A stretch of 64,000 nt of DNA. Origin: Nitrospiraceae bacterium. GTDB lineage: Bacteria > Nitrospirota > Nitrospiria > Nitrospirales > Nitrospiraceae. The stretch is from positions 1-64,000 of the forward strand of contig JBFWWG010000002.1 in assembly GCA_050246315.1 (NCBI GenBank). The letters run 5' to 3'. The position numbers and the translations under genes are program-made. Positions 61,005-64,000 of the stretch are shown piece after piece; within the stretch, counting starts at the first letter, position 1; every line of letters starts with the position of its first letter. The notes under the pieces were generated by a model, which searched no databases, was not told the origin of the DNA, and worked only from the letters and a program-made list of their open reading frames with translations.

Positions 61005-61931
61005 TCAGGGAGCGCGCGGAGCCGGTTTCGGCGGCAGTTTCGGTTTCTTTCCCGCCTCTGTCTGGTCACGGTTCAATTTTTCAAGATCCCGTTTGAGATC
61101 GTTCATCTGCCGGGACTGCTCTTCGAGTCTCTTGCGCAACTCTTGATTCGACTGTGTCAGTTCACGGATCTGTAACTGCAATTCCTGAATGGATGGGGCG
61201 GCGCGACCTGCGCTGGGAAACTCAAGAAGCGCTTTGTCGTTCTGCTCCAACCGGCGCGTCGCCGCTATGTCTTTCATGTTCAGCGAGATGTGCACGGTTT
61301 CGAAAGGAGCCCATTTGGGCTCCTGCTCCGGCGGAACCGCAACGGCTCGATAGGGTCCTGTCACCCAAAGTTTCATTCCTTTGGTATCTCTCGGGTCCTT
61401 TTCGTCGCCGCCGGCCGTATCCGCTCTGGTGTAGGCCCGGTGATCCGTGACCACGACATGGAGATAGGGTTCGCGGATAAACAGGGCCCCGCTCGTGCGA
61501 TCCTCGTTGTAAGGAGTCTTGAGGTTTGCCAGCGTGAAAAAAACCCGTTCACCGGGGCCGGCTTGTTGAAATGCCAGGCTGGCCGGACGCGAAAGCTCGG
61601 CGAGCTCGCCTGCCTCGAATAACGGAATCGGCCTGGGTGATTCAAACAGGCCGACGACCGTGCCGCTCCATCCGCTGACCTGGAGCGTGCCCAGGAGTTG
61701 CCGAACTTCTTGGAAAGTAATGGTGACGGGGTGGCTATTTCGGATCGCAGGCGCTCCCCGTGAGATCGAGGGATCGGTCTCAATCCCTACCCGAATGCCC
61801 TGCCGATCATAAATCACCTGCGTGCTTGGAAGAGTCCCGCAGCCGCATAGGCTCAGGAACGCGACAGTAACGAAAACGGCCCACTGCCATCGCTTCGCGA
61901 AGCATGGATGGTCTCCGTCTCCTACTCGCAC
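61005..61931 (-). CDS. Hypothetical lipoprotein with C-terminal coiled coil
   Basis: Lipobox LCGC; heptad-rich C-terminus. Confidence 0.75.
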   Translation of the reverse strand: MRVGDGDHPCFAKRWQWAVFVTVAFLSLCGCGTLPSTQVIYDRQGIRVGIETDPSISRGAPAIRNSHPVTITFQEVRQLLGTLQVSGWSGTVVGLFESPRPIPLFEAGELAELSRPASLAFQQAGPGERVFFTLANLKTPYNEDRTSGALFIREPYLHVVVTDHRAYTRADTAGGDEKDPRDTKGMKLWVTGPYRAVAVPPEQEPKWAPFETVHISLNMKDIAATRRLEQNDKALLEFPSAGRAAPSIQELQLQIRELTQSNQELRKRLEEQSRQMNDLKRDLEKLNRDQTEAGKKPKLPPKPAPRAP

Positions 61932-62242
61932 GTGAACTGAATCCCCCAGAGCCGCGTGCTCCCCATTTGGCCGCGCCAGGTTCGGTCAACGGTCTCACTC
62001 ACCTTCGGCATCGCCCCTTCCTTGATGATCCGTGAGCCATTGGGACATTTCTGGTGAATCATCTGCATGGCATCCCGTCGACCGGCGGACGTGAGGATAT
62101 CCGAGTCGGTTTGCACGGAATAAGAGACCACCCCTCCGGTCGGAGTTTCGCGGACCAGGGATGCTTCCTGCCCGCAACCGGCTAACGCCTCGAGGGCGAC
62201 CAGGGCGCATCGAAAGGCCATCAGTGCGGTTCGGTCGGGCAT
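61922..62242 (-). CDS. Small hypothetical lipoprotein
   Basis: Lipobox LAGC; paired Cys; operonic overlap with the downstream gene. Confidence 0.7.
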   Translation of the reverse strand: MPDRTALMAFRCALVALEALAGCGQEASLVRETPTGGVVSYSVQTDSDILTSAGRRDAMQMIHQKCPNGSRIIKEGAMPKVSETVDRTWRGQMGSTRLWGIQFTCE

Positions 62243-62275
62243 CGTCGATCCTGAACGGTCCGAGTCGATTCCCCA

Positions 62276-62821
62276 TCACTCCCCTGAGGAACAGAACGTC
62301 TCTTCCTCAAGCGGTTCATACCCACCACCCGCGTTGAACGGGAATTCCGCGATTTCCTTCCTTCCGGTCTTCCATATGTGCACACATCGGGCAATAAGAG
62401 ATGGAAGACTCCGTTGGACATCATCCACGATCACCGCCTTCGGCCTCTCCGTGGTCCCGACCACCATGAGATGATTGCCGGCAACCAGCCATTTCGCATC
62501 GATGTGACCGGCATAGGAGATGGCATACTCCCCGCTCCGTTTCCCCGTATCCTTGGGGCCGAACGCGGGGTGTTCGACAATCGGCAGGTGGGTGACGATC
62601 ACCACGATCTGATCCGCTCTGATATCCGCTTCGATAATTCGCCCACCCAGTTGTACTTTGCGTCCAACCTGCGCGCTTGGCATCATGCGCCACGCGGCAA
62701 AATCAAAATCGTGGTCCACTCCCTGTCTGACTTCCGGTGAGAAAACCGGCGTACGGGCACAGGCAGCAACTCCGATCGACAAGAATACGAGCAGAATTGC
62801 GAATCGGGACGTTCTCTGCAT
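62276..62821 (-). CDS. Slp-family outer membrane lipoprotein
   Basis: Lipobox VAAC; GRKVQLGGRII...LMVVG...VHIW Slp pattern; RBS AAGGAG. Confidence 0.8.
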   Translation of the reverse strand: MQRTSRFAILLVFLSIGVAACARTPVFSPEVRQGVDHDFDFAAWRMMPSAQVGRKVQLGGRIIEADIRADQIVVIVTHLPIVEHPAFGPKDTGKRSGEYAISYAGHIDAKWLVAGNHLMVVGTTERPKAVIVDDVQRSLPSLIARCVHIWKTGRKEIAEFPFNAGGGYEPLEEETFCSSGE

Positions 62822-62890
62822 GCCTGTTCTCCTTACTCCTAGTCGCGACACATTGCAATGGTGGATGCCGTTTCGGTTCCATTCCTCTCG

Positions 62891-64000
62891 TCAGATGAAC
62901 CGGACCTGGAACATCACGAGAAAGGCGTTATTCGCAAAGGGATCGGTGGCCGAGTTATAAGGTACGCCTGGCCCATAACCTTGATGGTGACGGAACTCAT
63001 AGTTGAACTGAATTTTTGATTGAACTTTCGGAGGGAAATTCTCGAAATAGTACGTTAGTCCGAGGATCGTCCTCGTATACAGATCGTTGGTGGTCGCCGT
63101 GTTGGGATCGAATTGTTCGTACATCACGGTCGGCTCCCAATTCTGAAACCATCCGTCCGTAATTAAGTATTTGCCGAGAACGTACCAGGTGCGGCGCTGC
63201 ACGCCCGGGGCTCCGGATCCGCCGCAGAGGACTTGGTCGAGACAGGCGCCATTGGCCGGACGACCTACTGTCGTCTGGTTGGCGCCATCATGTCCCTGCC
63301 ACCACTCTCCTTGGATCATGAAACCGGGAAACAACTTAGACGTGTATCGAAAATCGACACCATAGCGATCGAACGCGCCCTTTCCGCGCCCGTTGATGTT
63401 GGTGTTGGCGTTGTTGGATTCGCCTTGAATCGTGGTAAAGCTGACCCATGACACGTCGGTTCCGAAGAGACGGACACGGGTATAGAAGCTCTTGGGTGCA
63501 TTGGCCCCTGTCGCGTTTGCATGGTAGTTGTTGTTGTTCATGATTCCAACGACATATTCGAGACGGTTCGCGATCTTACCGCGCATATCGAGAAAAAAGT
63601 CGCGTTCCTGGATGAATTCGATGATGCCGGCCGTCCCTGTCTGGTTGCCGATTCCGGTCCCCACCGCGGTCAGATAAGGAGAACTGATGACATCTCGCAA
63701 GCCTCCCGACGTTTCGGTGAAGATACCGAACGGCATCCGAAAGACGCCGAATCGGAAGAAGTTCAGGTTGGGAGCCCAGGATTGAAACGGACGAAAATCG
63801 ATATAGGATTCACGAAAGAATGTCGCGGCGACCGGCTGTCCCGTCGCCGCCCCGCTCCCACCGGTTGGAGTTTCTTTGCCCAAACTGATGCTTTGAAACT
63901 CGAAAAGAGCGTGCCAGCGTGGGATCATGTCGCTGATTTTTCCCCAGAACAGGAGCTCCGATCGGCGGATTGAAAAGTTGTCCTGACTCTTGCCTTCCGG
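62891..64000 (-). CDS. Outer-membrane porin, phosphate-selective OprO/OprP-like (5' end outside the window)
   Basis: FSIRRSEL, ESYIDF, FGVFRMPFG, and a terminal FQVRFI beta-signal; the frame stays open to the window edge. Confidence 0.75.
   Translation of the reverse strand, partial: PEGKSQDNFSIRRSELLFWGKISDMIPRWHALFEFQSISLGKETPTGGSGAATGQPVAATFFRESYIDFRPFQSWAPNLNFFRFGVFRMPFGIFTETSGGLRDVISSPYLTAVGTGIGNQTGTAGIIEFIQERDFFLDMRGKIANRLEYVVGIMNNNNYHANATGANAPKSFYTRVRLFGTDVSWVSFTTIQGESNNANTNINGRGKGAFDRYGVDFRYTSKLFPGFMIQGEWWQGHDGANQTTVGRPANGACLDQVLCGGSGAPGVQRRTWYVLGKYLITDGWFQNWEPTVMYEQFDPNTATTNDLYTRTILGLTYYFENFPPKVQSKIQFNYEFRHHQGYGPGVPYNSATDPFANNAFLVMFQVRFI

Noticed and set aside
1..64000. tRNA, rRNA, tmRNA genes or prophage
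   Set aside because: No cloverleaf or T-loop context, rRNA signature or phage structural gene was recognised by eye; tRNAscan-SE and cmscan would confirm.

Overview
GC-rich bacterial chromosome segment. Protein resemblances and the intergenic repeat style suggest Nitrospira/Nitrospirota, which is an inference and not a database result. The window has three zones. (1) About 1-28 kb is an accessory, mostly minus-strand envelope cluster: five intact plus one decayed SYLF/Ysc84-domain genes, a FadL-type channel, an arylsulfatase, a patatin lipoprotein, MltF, LEA_2, DUF2780 and glycine-zipper proteins, an inserted toxin-antitoxin pair, an AAA-DUF4143 ATPase, a small glyco-modification operon and many gene remnants. 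(2) About 28-58 kb is core housekeeping: trmH-family, OPT transporter, coaBC-rpoZ-gmk-yicC-nth-hflX-tsaD-clpC, nadK, ferredoxin-NADP reductase, fumC, hsp20, gltA, rnd, a J-domain protein, malic enzyme and a YyaL-AKR fusion. (3) About 58-64 kb holds a Pal/OmpA lipoprotein, PstS, other lipoproteins and a phosphate-porin-like gene. The most unusual signals are a four-copy structured element with compensatory base changes in the leader of the OmpA/Pal gene (58359-58664), the SYLF-rich envelope cluster, a recurring 'intact gene - cargo - diverged remnant of the same gene' architecture (trmH, fadL, CsbD-like), a TA cassette flanked by direct repeats, several apparently leaderless genes and a cryptic, internally deleted keto-acid decarboxylase pseudogene. 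No rRNA, tRNA, CRISPR array, integrase or transposase was recognised. All calls come from motif recognition by eye.
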